64,000 nucleotides of DNA. Origin: Mobula hypostoma (taxonomy: Eukaryota). The notes under the pieces were generated by a model. It had not been told where the DNA came from, made no database searches, and saw only the letters and a program-made list of their open reading frames with translations. A program made the position numbers and the translations under genes. The stretch is taken from contig NC_086097.1 of assembly GCF_963921235.1 (NCBI RefSeq), positions 85,190,001 through 85,254,000 of the forward strand. Reading direction: 5' to 3'. Within the stretch, counting starts at the first letter, position 1. Every line of letters starts with the position of its first letter. Shown one piece after another: positions 61,449-64,000 of this stretch.

Positions 61449-62037
61449 AATTCCACATCCCATTCCCATTCTGACATGCCTATCCACGGCCTCCTCTACT
61501 GTAAAGATGAAGCCACACCCAGGTTGGAGGAACAACACCTTATATTCCGTCTGGGTAGCCTCCAACCTGATGGCATGAACATCGACTTCTCTAACTTCCG
61601 CTAATGCCCCACCTCCCCCTCATACCCCATCTGTTACTTATTTTTATACACACATTCTTTCTCTCACTCTCCTTTTTCTCCCTCTGTCCCTCTGAATATA
61701 CCCCTTGCCCATCCTCTGGGTCCCCCCCCCCCCACCTTGTCTTTCTTCCCGGACCTCCTGTCCCATGATCCTCTCGTATCCCCTTTTGCCTATCACCTGT
61801 CCAGCTCTTGGCTCCATCCCTCCCCCTCCTGTCTTCTCCTATCATTTTGGATCTCCCCCTCCCCCTCCAACTTTCAAATCCCTTACTCGCTCTTCCTTCA
61901 GTTAGTCCTGACGAAGGGTCTCGGCCTGAAACGTCGACTGCACCTCTTCCTAGAGATGCTGCCTGGCCTGCTGCGTTCACCAGCAACTTTTATGTGTGTT
62001 GCTTGAATTTCCAGCATCTGCAGAATTCCTGTTGTTT
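61449..62037 (+). mobile_element. Neptune-type Penelope 3' fragment (pLTR)
   Basis: HFNSTSHSHSDM...LEEQHLIFRLGSLQPDGMNIDFSNFR; candidate TSD GCCACTTT at 61441-61448 and 62038-62045. Confidence 0.88.
61904..61939 (+). ncRNA. Minimal type I hammerhead ribozyme, intact core
   Basis: AGTC-CTGACGA-AGGGTCTCGGCCT-GAAA-CGTC^GACT: stem I AGTC/GACT, palindromic ACGT in place of stem III. Confidence 0.8.
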
Positions 62038-63529
62038 GCCACTTTTATTCACACTCTTTGCCTTCCGCCAGTCAGCCAATCTTCGAGCCATGCTTTTTAT
62101 CTTTTTGTGTAATACCATGTTTAGCAGCCTCGTGTAGCATTTCTGAAAATCCAAGCAAACAACATGTAACGACTCTGCTTTGCCTATCTTGCCTGTTATT
62201 TCCTCAAATAATTCCAGAAAATTTGTTAGATAAGATTTTCCCTAAAGGAAACCATGTTGAATTCAGTCCATTCTACCATGTGCCTCCAAGTACCTTGAAG
62301 CCTCATCCTTGTTAATGGTCTCGAACATCTTGTCAGCTTCTGAAGTAAAGCTAACTGGCCTATAACTTCCCATATTTGCCCCCCTTTTTAAAGAGTGGAG
62401 TGACTTGCAATTTGCCAGCCCTCCGGAACCACTGCAGAGTCCAATAGTTCTTGGAAGATCACTACTAATACCTTCAAATCTATTCAGGTACTTCTTTCAG
62501 AGCCCTGGGGCGTAATCCATCTGGTCCAGGTGACTTACCTACCTTCAGACCTCTCAGCTTCCTAAGCATCCTCTCCTTGTTCTCAGTTGCGGAGGGCACG
62601 TATGGTATTATTAACCATGATGAAATCTCAAGAAACCCTTTGTAACTCCCGTTAATATTGAAAGCTGCAGAAGTTATGCTGTAATATCACTGACAGCCCC
62701 GTCTGTGTTTCCCATCCAGCTCAGTGCCCAGTTCTGCAACCTGTCACCAGTGCATCGGACAATGGAAAGGCAAAATAGAGACCAGTTTGAAAGAGCAGTG
62801 CACCCTAATTGGTGCCTGCTTGCAGCAGAGCTCTTAATACCCACTGCGCCAATTAAAACAGACCATTCCCAGTGTTTCGTCAGGTGCAGTGTCACTCCCG
62901 CTGACCCTGTCAAGGCCGCTATGGTACATATGGGGAGTGCTGAGTGAGATGTGGTAACGTGTTTGAGCTCACCTGCAAACCTGGCTCCAACTCCCCATGC
63001 TGAGAAAGTGAGAGAAACGATGAGACATGCGGGACACCGCAGGGCAGGAGAACACATGGAATTAGTCAAACAGTAATTCCTCTTCTAAAAGTAGTACTCT
63101 CTTATTGTAGCATTACAAATAAAAAACAAAACAAACAGCAAACTTGGCACTCTTCTGGCTTTAATTAATGACAATAGAACCACAACAATTAAACCTACTC
63201 ACAGTGATTGCTGTAGCGTTTTGTCAGTACCAGTGTCAAGCAATCTTACAAAATAACAACTATTTTGCTTGATTATCATTTTCCCAGCAAGATTGGAAGT
63301 TCCAGCTCCCAAGGCACTCACACTAGTTGCGAAGTGCACTTTAAGGTTTATGCAGAATTGCTGGACAGCCTGATCAGTTGACCAGTGTGGCTACTGTTTG
63401 GATGTTCATGTTTAAATATGCACTGGGCTGTGCCGATGGATAAAGCGAAAGGGGGATATTGGAAAGTACAGGTCTAGGACTTTGGGTTTTCTAATAAATA
63501 AGGCTTTCTTAGACAGCCCTTCAGGATCG

Positions 63530-63710
63530 GGCAATCAGCCTAGCAAACCAGCATATCTTTGGGATGTGGGAGGGAGGCAAGTATCTGGGGAAACCAATGG
63601 ACTCACAAGGGAGATCTTGAAGGTTCCACACTGACAGATTCAGGGGTCAGGAAAGAACTCAGACTGCCTGAGCCCAGAGGTAGTGGCGTCGCCTGCTGTA
63701 CCACTGTGTC
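63530..63710 (-). mobile_element. Degraded V-SINE-like element
   Basis: tctttgggatgtgggagg...actcacaagggaga...ccacactgacag is the reverse complement of a V-domain. Confidence 0.5.
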
Positions 63711-64000
63711 TTTTCCTTAAAGTGGTCAGAGGCACAGCAGTAGTGTTGAACGTGGCTTTCAGCAAAGTGGTGACTGTTGAGCCAGTGACTCTGTAGTAGA
63801 TTGGAAATACTGTACTTGTTTATAAGAGGTATGTCCCTGCTAACAAAAAGAAACTTTGTCGCAATGAACAGCACGGGGAGAAACACTTTATTTCCAATGA
63901 CCACCTGATCAATAAGATTCATAAAATTTGTTGAAATACCCTAACTTAGTCTTATTTGGTAAGTCTAACGCTTAATACTGAACTGGTGAATACTGGTGTT

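Larger units (their letters stand above)
60515..62580 (-). mobile_element. Degraded CR1 ORF2 split by a Penelope insertion
   Basis: VMHFGRRN...YKALARP; the KSPGPD-coding region (aagtcacctggaccagat) lies at ~62520-62537 on the minus strand. Confidence 0.8.

Noticed and set aside
144..63922. The many short 60-140 aa ORFs in the track
   Set aside because: They are repeat fragments, antisense frames of repeats, or random ORFs with no recognisable host protein.

Overview
Eukaryotic (vertebrate) genomic DNA, most likely a cartilaginous fish such as a ray (inferred from the mix of CR1, Rex1-like, Neptune-type Penelope and V-SINE repeats). The window is almost all intron. I recognise one host exon: 125 bp at 56631-56755 (+), from a Na+/Ca2+ exchanger, best matching SLC8A3/NCX3 (CBD2 region). 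The rest is mostly retroelements. The main structure is a ~12.4 kb nested stack at 27077-39533. A 5'-truncated Hero-type (restriction-like endonuclease) retrotransposon is flanked by a ~160 bp direct repeat that looks like an exceptionally long target-site duplication (TSD). It was later hit by a full-length L1 (which carries a solo LTR), a Rex1-like LINE and a 222 bp Penelope hairpin. Penelope-like elements carry minimal hammerhead ribozymes. Three insertions share one layout: inverted arm, unpaired 3' tail and an 11-16 bp TSD. In the smallest, the inverted arm ends at the predicted ribozyme cleavage site. No prokaryotic-type systems (CRISPR, operons) are present. All family assignments come from motif recognition, not database searches, and boundaries of degraded repeats are approximate.
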